A DNA stretch of 64,000 nt from Corallochytrium limacisporum Hawaii (Eukaryota > Protista > Pluriformea): assembly GCA_002811645.1 (NCBI GenBank), contig PDIP01000003.1, positions 186,001 to 250,000 of the forward strand, read 5' to 3'. Of the stretch, positions 42,061 to 53,311 are shown piece after piece (within the stretch, counting starts at the first letter, position 1; every line of letters starts with the position of its first letter). A program made the position numbers and the translations under genes. The notes beneath the pieces are model-generated. The model ran no database searches. It worked only from the letters and a program-made list of their open reading frames with translations, and was not told the DNA's origin.

Positions 42061-44718
42061 ATGCCGGGACCTGCAAAGGAAGAACCAGGTATGGACATAC
42101 GTGGCTGGCTCAGCAAACGCCGGGCGCAAGCTGGTCAGGTCAAGAGCAAGGAGGACGCCGGCCCAAACAAAAGGGCTAAAGTGGAAGAACCGTCTCCGGT
42201 GCGTCGTAGCGCGCGATCTGGTAAGTCTTCAAAGTCCTCTACGCCGCAGAAATTAGAAGCAGCGTCTGTAGAGGACGTTAAACCTAAACAGCCTGTCAAG
42301 AAGGCACCTCTCCCGCCGAAGAAAACGCCATCTCCTGCAAAGAAAACGCCTTCTCCTGCAAAACCTGCCTCTAGGAAGGCTGCAAAAGTCGAAGACATTG
42401 ATGATGGTGACGACTGGGCAGCGGAAGTGACGAAGTCAGCAGCCAAGCCAAAGTCCGGGTATGCAGACTACTTGAAGCGTACTGGGCCCACTGCATTAGG
42501 TACACGGGAGCCACCGAAGGGTTCTCCTGGCTGTTGTGATGGCCTTGTGTTCGTGTTTACGGGTGATCTCGACACTCTGGACAGGGATCAGGCCGGAAAC
42601 ATTGTGAAGAAATACGGTGGACGTGTTACAAGTTCAGTGAGTGGAAAGACCGACTATTTGGTAGTTGGTAACGAACCAGGTCAAAGCAAACTGGCGAAAG
42701 CCAAGAGTCTGCAAGCCAAGGGCGGATGTCTCCAAATGATCGATGAGGACGCCTTTTATGAGTTGATTCCTAGCCGGAAGGGTGATAATGGCAAATCGTG
42801 GCATGATATGGAAAAGCAGGGTGGAGCGTCAGTATCTGAGACGAAGCGCAAGCGGGGAAGGGACGATACTAAGGAGGGCGAAGAACTGCCACAGCCAGCA
42901 GAAAAGAAAGCAAAGGCACGAGCTTCTGGGTCCAAAAGTTCTGGAAAGGTGCCAATTGCGGTGGCTGCTGTATCTTCGGAAGACGACCAACTGTGGGTGG
43001 ACAAATTGAAGCCAAAGGACTTCAGCGAGGTTTTGGGAAACCGAGCAAAGATCCAAAAACTGTTCTTTTGGTTGGAGAAATGGGACGATGTTCATCTTCA
43101 CAAGAGCTACAAACATCCATATCAATTCTCAATGCACAACCGGAATGGTGATCCGAATCGAAAGGCTGTGCTTATCACTGGTCCTCCGGGTATCGGAAAG
43201 ACTACCAGTGCCCATCTAGCGACTCGTCTGGCCGGTCGTGAGCCCTTGGAATTCAACGCTTCCAACACTCGAAGCAAGAAGATGTTGAATGAAGGCACAA
43301 GTTCTGCCATGGTCAACAAGGGTATGACTGAGTTCTTCCATGCAGAGGGCAAGGAAAGTGATGCTCCCGCACGCTCTGTGATTATCATGGACGAAGTCGA
43401 CGGCATGTCATCTGGAGATCGTGGTGGCTTAGCAGCCCTGGGACAGTTGATCAAGACTACCAAGGTGCCCATCATTTGCATTGCCAACGATGCCCAAAGC
43501 TCAAAGATGCGAAGCTTTGTAAATCATTGCTACGATCTAAAGTTTAGCAAGCCAAAGGTTGACGAAGTTGTACCGCGCCTTGCTGGCATTGCTCGAGAGA
43601 TGGGCGTGAAGATTGATAACCCTGGTATCACTCAACTGGTGGAGGGCTTCAACGGAGACATTCGGCAGGTTCTGAACACACTCTCCATGTATAGTCTCAG
43701 TGGAAAGGCCCAAGATTTCGAATCAGTGAAGGCCTACATCGATGACAATCCGAAGAACTCAAAAATGACACCCTTTGATTGCACTCGCCATCTCTTCACT
43801 GCGAGAAGTCTCACTCACAATGACCGTGTAGATCTCTTCTTTATGGACTATGACCTGATGCCCCTGTTTGTCCAGGAGAACTATCTTTCTGGTTTGGGAA
43901 AGCTTGGTGGAGACGAGGTCAAGAAATCAGAAATTACGCATGAAGTGGCTCAGAGCGTTTCTGATGGTGATCTGATCAGTGGGTCGATTCGTATGAATCA
44001 GAACTGGGGTCTCCTGCCTCAGCTTGCCTATGCGGCTGTGGTGCGTCCCACAGTGCTTCACCCGGGCAATGTGGGCATGATTCAGTTTCCCTCCGCGCTT
44101 GGTAAGATGTCAACCACCACGAAGAACAAGCGCATCATCCGGGAAGCGGCCATTCACACACGTTTGAAAACGTCCGCGGGTACACGGGACATGGGTCTGG
44201 ATTATCTTCCGTTCATCAAGGATATCATGTTGCATCGATTGATTCAGAACGGTCCAAATGACTTGGTAGACTTCATGGATACTTACGCACTGACAAAGCA
44301 GGACTTTGACCAAATTGTTGAGTACAATGACTGGAACTACAATGACAAGGAAAAGCAAGCCCTTCAGAAGGCTGGAAAGATTGGACCTGCCTGGACCAGT
44401 GTAGACTCCAAGGTCAAGGCTGGACTGACCCGCCTGTACAACAAGCAGACTCACGTTCTGCCATATGCTCTGGAACAGAAGCCCAAGGGTCGTCGGGGTG
44501 CAGCCCCGGAGGTGGTACCAAAATTGGGTGGGGACAAAGAAGATGAGTACAAATCGGATGAAGAGGAGGCCGAAGGTGGCGATGACCCGATGAATGACCC
44601 GAATATCAAGACGAAGGGCGCACCCAAGGGCAAGGGTGGTTCCTCTCGTGGTGGACGTGGTGGACGTGGTAGTGCTCGTGGGAGTCGAGGCCGTGGACGT
44701 GGACGCGGTCGCAAATAA
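42061..44718 (+). CDS. RFC1: Replication factor C large subunit
   Basis: BRCT (FVFTGDL...YGGRVTSSVSGKTDYLVVG), LWVDK, GPPGIGKTT, EFNAS, MDEVDGMSSGDRGG, RFC1 C-terminal domain, RGG tail. Confidence 0.97.
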   Translation: MPGPAKEEPGMDIRGWLSKRRAQAGQVKSKEDAGPNKRAKVEEPSPVRRSARSGKSSKSSTPQKLEAASVEDVKPKQPVKKAPLPPKKTPSPAKKTPSPAKPASRKAAKVEDIDDGDDWAAEVTKSAAKPKSGYADYLKRTGPTALGTREPPKGSPGCCDGLVFVFTGDLDTLDRDQAGNIVKKYGGRVTSSVSGKTDYLVVGNEPGQSKLAKAKSLQAKGGCLQMIDEDAFYELIPSRKGDNGKSWHDMEKQGGASVSETKRKRGRDDTKEGEELPQPAEKKAKARASGSKSSGKVPIAVAAVSSEDDQLWVDKLKPKDFSEVLGNRAKIQKLFFWLEKWDDVHLHKSYKHPYQFSMHNRNGDPNRKAVLITGPPGIGKTTSAHLATRLAGREPLEFNASNTRSKKMLNEGTSSAMVNKGMTEFFHAEGKESDAPARSVIIMDEVDGMSSGDRGGLAALGQLIKTTKVPIICIANDAQSSKMRSFVNHCYDLKFSKPKVDEVVPRLAGIAREMGVKIDNPGITQLVEGFNGDIRQVLNTLSMYSLSGKAQDFESVKAYIDDNPKNSKMTPFDCTRHLFTARSLTHNDRVDLFFMDYDLMPLFVQENYLSGLGKLGGDEVKKSEITHEVAQSVSDGDLISGSIRMNQNWGLLPQLAYAAVVRPTVLHPGNVGMIQFPSALGKMSTTTKNKRIIREAAIHTRLKTSAGTRDMGLDYLPFIKDIMLHRLIQNGPNDLVDFMDTYALTKQDFDQIVEYNDWNYNDKEKQALQKAGKIGPAWTSVDSKVKAGLTRLYNKQTHVLPYALEQKPKGRRGAAPEVVPKLGGDKEDEYKSDEEEAEGGDDPMNDPNIKTKGAPKGKGGSSRGGRGGRGSARGSRGRGRGRGRK

Positions 44719-45456
44719 GGCTCGGCACTCTGGCCCGTTCATCACTGTAAATTGTAGATCAGCATTATAGATTCTCCGTAAATATCACGGTTTCTTTATC
44801 AGTTCTGTGACTCTACGTGATCATTGACAACCGATGGCTTACTGATTGGCTCTTGTTTTGGAGCCTTAACCTGAGGCAAGCCGAACATATCCTTTTTTTT
44901 TTGGCTTTAGCGTCCAACCTTTAGCGTGTCTCCACATCCCTCCGCTTCTTCCAACTTCTCAGTGGGGACTTAAATCGCCAAACCACCGACATACTGAACG
45001 GAGGAGAAGAGGCCACAGGGGACCCCTTGTTAATGACGTCTCGCTGCGCTCGGACGAGACCCAGCGCAAAAAATCACTGCATGACGAGGAAATCAAAGGC
45101 AGGAAAATTTTCATATATTTAGTACCTGAGCGATGCGGTTGATTTGCAATCGAGAAAGGCGGGCGAAATTTGAGCACCGCCTCTCAGCTGCGGGTCTCAC
45201 CGCTGTGCGCAGGGTACACTCCCATCGATGGGATCGGTCTCAACGCACCGGCGTGATGGATACAGCATCATCAAGCTTAATACAGATGTTTGTAGACTGA
45301 TTGTCGAAAGAGAGTCTTGTTGAGCAAAGTGGTATCTGAAAAATATGCTCTAGGGATGACACGATATATCGGAGACGCACAGTAGCGTTCAGAGTCAGGA
45401 GGGACCAATACCCTGAAGTGCGCCCGGTACAGGATCCAACAAAGACTTTCTCAACT

Positions 45457-46767
45457 ATGTTAGCAACTGTGTCTCAATCTAAAAAGAGCGTGCAGCCTTC
45501 AAAAGTGAAGACACATGTTCCAACCGAGGCTAACTGTAAGATGTTTATGAAGAACATGGTCAAGATCGCGATCAGTTGCATTTTTTATTGTCGGGGACTG
45601 TACAATGCTTGTGAAGATTTCCGTGACTACCATCTTGGTGAGCATTCATTTAAAATCCTAAGATCAGATGGTCCAAGATCTCGAGGACTGGTTGCAGTCA
45701 TTGTGGATGGAGTCTGGGATGCCATAGACAAGAGATACCTGAAAGAATTAACTGTTGGATTCTACACCGACCCCGACAAACCAGAAGCCTGCATAGAAAG
45801 GTATACTCTATCGTTCAGCTACAAGAACCTCATGGGTCCAGAGGCCCAAATGAAGGTTTTGCACAATTGCCAAGAGATTTATCGACGCAAGGGATACACA
45901 TCAGAGAATCTAAACAGGACTGCAATTGGCTTGTTACTAAAGATAATCGACCAGTGTCAAGTGGCTCCGATCCTTGACCAGAACATACAGTTCTTCATTA
46001 AGTTAGATTATCAGAATACGTGTCCACTCACATATGAACCTAAGCACTTTCGCCCTGCTGAGTTTGAAAACGTTTACGTCGATGATGAGGACGCCTACGA
46101 ATGGGACTGTGGCAAGATTAAAAGTAGGACCCACATACTCAAAGCAAATGTCACTCTTGTGGGCCAAAGGGAGATAAGTGTCAATGCAGGATCTGAGACA
46201 TCACTGCCAGCACCGTTGTCGGAAGACCTCGAGATGGTACCTTATTGTGTTCCAACGGTATCCCGTCAGCAGTCCAAAGACTCGGTGGCACATCGAAATA
46301 AGTGCATCTGTGGAAAGAAGGCAAATCGGTCCCGGAAGACCTTCGAGTGCTTCGAATGCAAGTCGTTGTCACATCTAGCATGCTGTGGGTATGTCTTTGA
46401 CGGAGAGATGGAAAATTCTGTATGCAGACATTGTCAAGGTGGTGACATCACACAGGAAGATTTCGACATGGCCTGTCTTCGACGAGTTCTTGACGCCTTG
46501 ATCGACATGCATCATTGCTGCAAAGCCCCTTCTAGCCAATACCTAGAGTCTCTCAACATCGGTCCCCGGAAGAGAGTAAGAGCGATCTGGAGTCAGTTGA
46601 AAGAGAGCATGATTGTGGGGTCTGGCTTCATGGGTGGCAGGGCTAGAAATGAGATCAAGGTAACCGTGCAAGAGCTCAAGGAGATGATTCGAATTGGTAG
46701 ACTCATGACGTACGAGGAAATCGTGCACAAGTCTGAGGAAGCGTCCAGAAAGCGCCAGAAACCTTAA
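45457..46767 (+). CDS. HOP1: Meiotic HORMAD/Hop1 with PHD and winged-helix region
   Basis: HORMA (IAISCIFYCRGL...GVWDAIDKRYL...ERYTLSFSY...PLTYEPKHF), PHD C4HC3 (CIC...CFEC...HLAC...CRHC), then an LRRVL helix. Confidence 0.88.
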   Translation: MLATVSQSKKSVQPSKVKTHVPTEANCKMFMKNMVKIAISCIFYCRGLYNACEDFRDYHLGEHSFKILRSDGPRSRGLVAVIVDGVWDAIDKRYLKELTVGFYTDPDKPEACIERYTLSFSYKNLMGPEAQMKVLHNCQEIYRRKGYTSENLNRTAIGLLLKIIDQCQVAPILDQNIQFFIKLDYQNTCPLTYEPKHFRPAEFENVYVDDEDAYEWDCGKIKSRTHILKANVTLVGQREISVNAGSETSLPAPLSEDLEMVPYCVPTVSRQQSKDSVAHRNKCICGKKANRSRKTFECFECKSLSHLACCGYVFDGEMENSVCRHCQGGDITQEDFDMACLRRVLDALIDMHHCCKAPSSQYLESLNIGPRKRVRAIWSQLKESMIVGSGFMGGRARNEIKVTVQELKEMIRIGRLMTYEEIVHKSEEASRKRQKP

Positions 46768-47970
46768 GGATGCTCAGGTACGGTGCCCCTTTACCGCTCC
46801 AGGCACCCTCCAAGTATTGAGATTGCGAGGACGACGGTGGAGCATATCGATGAAAAGAGAGGGGAAGCAGTGAAATGTGCCGCACCGGCCGGGTGAAATG
46901 TCTCTACTGTTGTGCGCAGGATCGCCACGGAGCTCCTCGGATACACCCAACAACAGGCCCGGAGCAATAGTCGCTGAACCAACCTAACAATATCTTTAGC
47001 ATATGGGTATGGCCAATAGGAGCCAATCTCTATCGCTTAATCAATCGTACCAGTACAGGGGACTTCCTTCGTTTATGAAGCGAGAGTAGTATACACACAA
47101 TAAACCCATTAGAACCGATAGACTGTTACATGCCAGGAGTTTCCTCAGTTCACGCACCCAATAATGAAGCAGACGACTTCGATTGTGCTACCCGAGATAA
47201 AATCAGCGTACATTTCGCGCCCGATTCTGGGCCTTTGTGTATATTGTTGAACAACCAGCATCTCTTCCGTGCACCACCCACTAGCTGTTTCCCGAGTGTC
47301 GGAAAAAGGCTCCCCCCCACTTCCAACATTATTTTCTTCATGTTATTTTTCCCACCACTACTACTGCCTGCCATTGGAAGAAGGACGCAGTGGTACTAGG
47401 TCGACCCTGGTGAAAAACCGCTAACGCGTCGGAGTATTTCTCAGCTGGTTTCTTAGCCGCTATCCCGCCGGCTGCCTGTCCCGGGGATCCCTGATCTTCT
47501 CGCAAACCACACAGAGAAACCCACATGAAAAAGAAGCTCGTGACCTGTTGACGTTTCGTATCCTTAGTGCCAAGTGTATATGTACTGAGCGCTGGTATGA
47601 GTATTTTCCTCCTCCTCAGTGCGGGGGTATGATGTGTCCTCGTTGTGTCCGCTTTCTTCGAGAACCAAGACAGCGAACGCAGAGGACCACAGGGTTTAAC
47701 TATGAACTGGGGATGGTTTTGCCCCCAAATGACTGGTTTCCTGTTGCGGCGAGAGTATTATTAATGACATGATGTACTCACTATTCATATTGTTCAAATC
47801 CAACCATTTGACTACTAATTAAGAGCATGGTCCTCTGTGATATTTAAGCCTGTCTGCAGTAGTGACTTTGCAAACAGCGGAGCAGGTACACGATACCGGA
47901 CTTAGAAACAGATAGACAAAGGAAAATTGTAAAGGCCTTAACAAGTTTGTAAGGATATTCATTCGGCAAG

Positions 47971-48540
47971 ATGTTTGAATGGTTTCAAAACCTTTTGGAC
48001 TGGTTCAAGTCCCTCTTCTTTAATGAAGAAATGGAACTGACCCTGGTTGGTCTGCAGAACAGCGGCAAAACAACGTTTGTGAATGTTATTTCTAGTGGAC
48101 AGTTCATTGAAGATATGATTCCTACGCAGGGTTTCAATATGCGAAAGATTTCAAAGGGAAACGTTACTATCAAGCTTTGGGATATTGGCGGTCAGAAGCG
48201 TTTCCGTAGCATGTGGGAGCGGTACTGCCGGGGTGTAAATTGCATCGTCTACATGGTCGACGCCGCCGACAAAGACAAGTTTGAGCTAAGCAAGCAAGAG
48301 CTGGAGGCTTTGCTGGACAAGCCTCAGCTGGCTGGAATTCCTCTGCTTCTGCTAGGAAACAAGAATGACATTCAGGGTGCCGCCACTGTTGAGGAACTGA
48401 CAGACAAGTTTGAGCTCAGTAAGATTCAGGGACGAGAGGTATGCGTCTACTCGATATCGTGTAAGAACCAACAGAACCTGGACAAGACCCTCCAATGGTT
48501 GACACAGCACTCGAACAAGGCAAAGCAGGGATCGAAGTAA
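47971..48540 (+). CDS. ARL8: Arf-like GTPase Arl8
   Basis: [47 protein letters not shown]. Confidence 0.97.
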   Translation: MFEWFQNLLDWFKSLFFNEEMELTLVGLQNSGKTTFVNVISSGQFIEDMIPTQGFNMRKISKGNVTIKLWDIGGQKRFRSMWERYCRGVNCIVYMVDAADKDKFELSKQELEALLDKPQLAGIPLLLLGNKNDIQGAATVEELTDKFELSKIQGREVCVYSISCKNQQNLDKTLQWLTQHSNKAKQGSK

Positions 48541-48727
48541 GATATTCTGCGGCACCTGGCGCTTACACAGCTCTATACATATCTGTACCATTCTCGCACA
48601 CGCGGCTTCTTCATAGAACAATCTAATTACATCTAACATCATTATTGATCGGGGTGACTGACGTGATTTTCTCAAACGGGTGACAAACATGCTAATCGAT
48701 TTAATATCTGATAGATGTGTGTAACGT

Positions 48728-50734
48728 TTAACGGCGATCAGTGGTGCCCTGCTTCCTCTTGCCAGAGTATAGATGTTTGGGCATTTTGGCACCGATGTGA
48801 CGATCGGCTTCGCCAGCTTTACCATACTTGTGGATAGTCTTGCGCTGGGCCATATTCTGCAACTTCTTGGATTGCTTGAGTTGCTCCTTGTTGGCCAGAC
48901 CAGCCTCGGCACGACTAGCAGAGCGAGTACGAATCGCCAGAGCCTGAGAAATGGCAGGGTTGCGGCTTGCGTTGCGAGGGCGGTCCCGGGAAGTGACCAG
49001 GGTCCCAGAGTTGTCGTCATCAACGTCCATGCCATCTCCACCTTTCTTGCTACTACTCTTGGAGCGGTTGGTGGCATCGTCGCGGCGGGTTCGACTGCGG
49101 CCACGTTCGCGGGTCTCAACTGGCTTGACGCCGGAGGGCATGAGGCTCTTGTCGCTGCTGAGAGTGTTGCCAGCAGGACGCTTGTTGCGGGGCACCGGGG
49201 CGACATTACGCTTCTTCTTTTGTCGGTGGAGCTCAATGGCGTGCTTCTTGCGGGCACGAATTTCTTCGGCTTTGGCCTTAACCTCTGCATCCTCTTCAAT
49301 CGTTTCCACTTCATAAAATCCAGATTCTTCCCGCATGCCTTCCTCACGTTCTAATTCGTCCAAACGGTCGAGGAGCTCGGGATCGACGTAGTCAGCAATA
49401 TTCTTACCGTCCATGATTTCAGGCACGACGTCATACTTCCACTCCTCGTTGGCCAGTTGATGATGATCCTTAAGATTGTAGTAGAAATCAGCACCTTCAC
49501 GCTCTTCAATGTCTCGCAAAGTTGGGCGCTTCTTAATAGGCCGGTCGTTCTCATCCTTGAATTTCTTGCCCGCGTTGTGGCGCATGAAAGAATCGGGCAC
49601 GAAGGGAGTGCGGTCAGCGGGGATACCGTTCTCCGGCACCGCGACATGCAGTTTACTCAAAACATCGTTTTCGTTACGGCGACCGGAGCGCAGCTTCTGA
49701 TCCACACGATGGGCTAGGAGCATATCGCAGCACGTGTTCTTGACATCTGCTACATTGATCTCGGCGAGGGTACTCATAGTCAAAACCTTTGCTCCTTCTT
49801 CTTCAATTTGCTTCAAGGCCTCTTGGCGTTCAGGTTTCAAGTTCTCGGGCTTCATGACATCAGTCTTGTTCAAAACAACAGCGATGGGCTTGTTGGCAAA
49901 CAATGGTTTGATACTGTGATACAGAGATACTTGACTCTCGAAACTGAAACCGCACTGTTCACTAATGTCGACCATGAATACAATGCACGCCCGCAAATGA
50001 GCCATGGCAGTGACACTCTGCATTTCAATAGTATTCCTGTCCTCCAGAGGATGATCAAGGATACCGGGAGTGTCGATTACTTGCCAGCGGAGATACTTGT
50101 AATCACTGTGCCCAACGAACAAGGACTTGGTGGTGAAGGCATAGGGCTGTACCTCTACATCTGCCCGAGTCACTTTGTTGATAAAAGAGCTCTTACCGAC
50201 ATTGGGGTAGCCACAAAGGATAAGAGTGCGTGTGTTGGGGTCAATTGACGGCAGACGGCTCAAATGCTGACGAACCTGCTCCAGGTATTCTAAGCTGCTA
50301 GATTGGCGTTTCATGATAGTGCACATGCGCCCGAGGGCAGCACGCTTCAGCTGCTTGCATCGGTACAGGGAATCACCAAACTTCATCAACCGCACGTAGT
50401 CCTTTGCCACGTTATCAATCAACGACTTTGCCATTGCTACCTGTCCCAAGGCCAGCTTGTAGTGATCCTTATCATACAAAACGTTCATCAAGTCCGCGTA
50501 GAACGGATGAATGTCGTCAATCTTGGGGAAGTCCTCCAAAATTGATGTAAGACGGTCGTGCATGTTTTGCTGTGTGAACTTAATCTTCCGCATATAGAAG
50601 TTTCTAATGCGACTGATCTTGTAACCCGGGTGAATGACGGTCGGAGTCTTCCTCTGAGTCTTTGACAACATTATATCAATAAAGTCGTTGCCCGTAGGCA
50701 CGACCTGAATCTTCTTGAAATTATATATCGACAT
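48728..50734 (-). CDS. NOG1: Nucleolar GTP-binding protein 1
   Basis: LSKTQRKTPTVIH, GYPNVGKSS, DTPGILD, PKHLYSGKR..GTTDRR. Confidence 0.98.
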   Translation of the reverse strand: MSIYNFKKIQVVPTGNDFIDIMLSKTQRKTPTVIHPGYKISRIRNFYMRKIKFTQQNMHDRLTSILEDFPKIDDIHPFYADLMNVLYDKDHYKLALGQVAMAKSLIDNVAKDYVRLMKFGDSLYRCKQLKRAALGRMCTIMKRQSSSLEYLEQVRQHLSRLPSIDPNTRTLILCGYPNVGKSSFINKVTRADVEVQPYAFTTKSLFVGHSDYKYLRWQVIDTPGILDHPLEDRNTIEMQSVTAMAHLRACIVFMVDISEQCGFSFESQVSLYHSIKPLFANKPIAVVLNKTDVMKPENLKPERQEALKQIEEEGAKVLTMSTLAEINVADVKNTCCDMLLAHRVDQKLRSGRRNENDVLSKLHVAVPENGIPADRTPFVPDSFMRHNAGKKFKDENDRPIKKRPTLRDIEEREGADFYYNLKDHHQLANEEWKYDVVPEIMDGKNIADYVDPELLDRLDELEREEGMREESGFYEVETIEEDAEVKAKAEEIRARKKHAIELHRQKKKRNVAPVPRNKRPAGNTLSSDKSLMPSGVKPVETRERGRSRTRRDDATNRSKSSSKKGGDGMDVDDDNSGTLVTSRDRPRNASRNPAISQALAIRTRSASRAEAGLANKEQLKQSKKLQNMAQRKTIHKYGKAGEADRHIGAKMPKHLYSGKRKQGTTDRR

Positions 50735-50886
50735 GGTGTCGTAGTTTCTACTCCCCTTGTTGTGTTTGTGCTTGCTTGCTAACTAATATTACAGGTTCTG
50801 GTTTCCGAACTATGCCATACCAAATTTCTTTCGTTCTTTAATATTCGCAAAGGACCACGCGGGTTAAGGACACCGCATGTCATATG

Positions 50887-51093
50887 CTGTGGCGACATTA
50901 GCTTCCTACATAAATTTCGATCGCTCGCTCGTTCAAATACTTTAGCACCTTTTTCCATACTGCTGCCGAGACCTTTTGCGCATTGCCATTTGCCAAACTT
51001 GTCGGTCAACCCCGCATGTGTCAAAGGTGTACTTTTCAGTGCGGGCGTGTTCTTGCCGGAGGCATCGTACGAAGTGCTCCGTCCAGTACTCAC
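50887..51093 (-). other. Putative 5'-UTR intron of NOG1
   Basis: Minus-strand GTGAGT near 51093, GCTAAT branch near 50900, CACAG acceptor near 50887. Confidence 0.45.
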
Positions 51094-51829
51094 ATTAGTT
51101 AGACTGTGGCCCACCGGGCCAGAGACCCACCCGCCTTTCTCTCCTGCCACAGAACCCGCCGCGTGGTGTTTGCGCGCTATCGGGAGTGGACGGCGGCAGC
51201 ACACTCGGGGAGAAGTAGTCTAAGGGGGGGGGGGTGCTGAGAAAGAAAAGATAAAGGGGGGGGGCCTCGGGGCGTGGGGGAACCAGAAAAACTGGCAGCT
51301 TGGACGGTGGAGAGGTCAGTTGAGCAAAGGTTGGCGGGGGGTGCGGGGTGTTGGCCGGGAGGTGGCGGGTCTCCTGCGCCTACTGAACTGAACCTATGCG
51401 TCGCCTTCTCACGCGGGCCAGTGGGGAGGGACGTCTGGGTGGGACTCGGAACCCTTGTGAGGGGTACGTGATAATAACCGATGCCCTGATTATTGAATTC
51501 GGAAAATGATATTGATGAGAGCAGTCGAACACTCGTGCGCGCTACATATTGTGTGCGACCTCGTCCTGGTTGTCCCGGTGAGTTGGGATATTGGGGGAGA
51601 CAGTCAGGGATTCATTCGAGAACGTTGGCTGAAAGCGCGAACAATAACTGATAGTGTTGGAACCTGCCATTGTTTGCCACTGGGAGTAGGCAACAGTTGC
51701 CACGGTTCAATTGGGGACAAGACCAAAATGATCGCCGAGCAATATGTGGCGCACAGTAGTGACGACTATGAAGAGAAGTCCAACTATTGATGTATTTTTT
51801 ATGGTGACCTGCATCTGTCACAATATTCT

Positions 51830-53311
51830 TTACTCGTGGCTTGGTACAGTCGCCAACGCTTCGTCAATGGTTCTGTTCGGGTTGACATTGGAAGGCCGCT
51901 CTCGATGAGTATCTACAGCGTCAATATTTTGCTTGAACTTTTCGATCTTCACCCCGTAAGCTACAGGGTTGAGCTTGATGATCGTATGCAAAGGAACCTT
52001 CTCATAGGGTAATTCCGCTGACGTCCGGTCCAGGAAGTACGATGTGATGCAGCGCAGCACAGCCTGATGCCCTACGACAAGCACATTGTTGGACCGCTCC
52101 AGTTCCATGATCACCGGCTCCAACCGATGAACAAGGTCACGGTAGGACTCGCCTCGAGGATACCTGTATCCAAACTTGTCCGCATCACGGAGAGCAAACT
52201 CAACGGGGAACTTCTCTGCAATCTCTTCATATGTCATGCCGTCACAGGCACCTGCATTGATCTCGTCCAGAGCTGGCCATATTGCAACAGGGTACGCCTG
52301 TTTTGCAGCAGTAGCACGCGCTCTGCGTAGCGTCGACGTCCACACTTTAAGATCCTTAGGCGCATTCTTATTAATCCAATCCCGCAATGCCTCTGCATAC
52401 TTTTCACCGCGCGAACTCAGCCCGGCATCGCCGCCGATGCGACCTAATACATTGTACTCGGATTCACCATGGCGTGAGAGATAGATGGTCTTCGGGCGCA
52501 GCCGCACATTCATCAGGTAGTAGGCCGCCCGACATTGAATGTATCCCTGAATCTTGCTCATTACAAAGCGTTCACCAGCCTCATGGATTTTAATCCAAGA
52601 CTTGTCGGTGTCATGCTCGAAGTCTAGAGGCTCATAGTTCCTTTCGAGATACGCTATGCGTTGATTGAAGTCTGCCTTCGCTGCTGCATTGTCACGGTCT
52701 GCGTACTCTGGACTGGAAAGCTTCACTTCATCCAAATTCATTTGAATGATGCTAGTGTCAGTGCAAACACTCTCAATGTATAGAACCTGTACATGTCCAA
52801 GGCAGGACGACAAATGCTCGTGAATTTGTGCACGTTCGCTCCTACTGACGTTGGCTGCGTCATAGAATGCAACCATACCCGAATCCTTTTCCAAATACTG
52901 ACAAATTTCGTGACATACAGCATTCATGACTTCCTCACGTTTCTTCCTACCTTCTTCTTTGTTGGGATCAAAGTACTCATGGGTGACCGGGCCATATTTT
53001 TGTCGCCGAATATCACCCACGTTGAAAACCTTCGAAGGTATACTTAACCAGTTCAGATAGCGACATACCTTACGTGCCATGAAAGTCTTTCCTCGCGCGG
53101 GAAGACCTACCATAATGCAGACCAATTTGCCAAATTGTTCTTCCAATGCCATGAACTGGTTGTCTTCAAAAAAGTGACCGCCTGTACGCGGTGTTTCAAC
53201 GGGGTCGGCCGGAGTGAAGGTTTTGCTTGCGGGTGAGTCGAACACTTCTGTATGCGTCTTATTGCGACGCACCGTTTCTTCACGGGCTGGGTCGGGTCCT
53301 AGATGGGACAT
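51830..53311 (-). CDS. PFKFB: Bifunctional 6-phosphofructo-2-kinase/fructose-2,6-bisphosphatase
   Basis: Kinase MVGLPARGKT; phosphatase IYLSRHGES, LDEINAG, YRYPRGESY, HQAVLRC. Confidence 0.96.
   Translation of the reverse strand: MSHLGPDPAREETVRRNKTHTEVFDSPASKTFTPADPVETPRTGGHFFEDNQFMALEEQFGKLVCIMVGLPARGKTFMARKVCRYLNWLSIPSKVFNVGDIRRQKYGPVTHEYFDPNKEEGRKKREEVMNAVCHEICQYLEKDSGMVAFYDAANVSRSERAQIHEHLSSCLGHVQVLYIESVCTDTSIIQMNLDEVKLSSPEYADRDNAAAKADFNQRIAYLERNYEPLDFEHDTDKSWIKIHEAGERFVMSKIQGYIQCRAAYYLMNVRLRPKTIYLSRHGESEYNVLGRIGGDAGLSSRGEKYAEALRDWINKNAPKDLKVWTSTLRRARATAAKQAYPVAIWPALDEINAGACDGMTYEEIAEKFPVEFALRDADKFGYRYPRGESYRDLVHRLEPVIMELERSNNVLVVGHQAVLRCITSYFLDRTSAELPYEKVPLHTIIKLNPVAYGVKIEKFKQNIDAVDTHRERPSNVNPNRTIDEALATVPSHE

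Noticed and set aside
31549-45127. Identical 16-mer TCATATATTTAGTACC at 31549 and near 45111
   Set aside because: Roughly one such match is expected by chance in 64 kb, and flanks do not extend.
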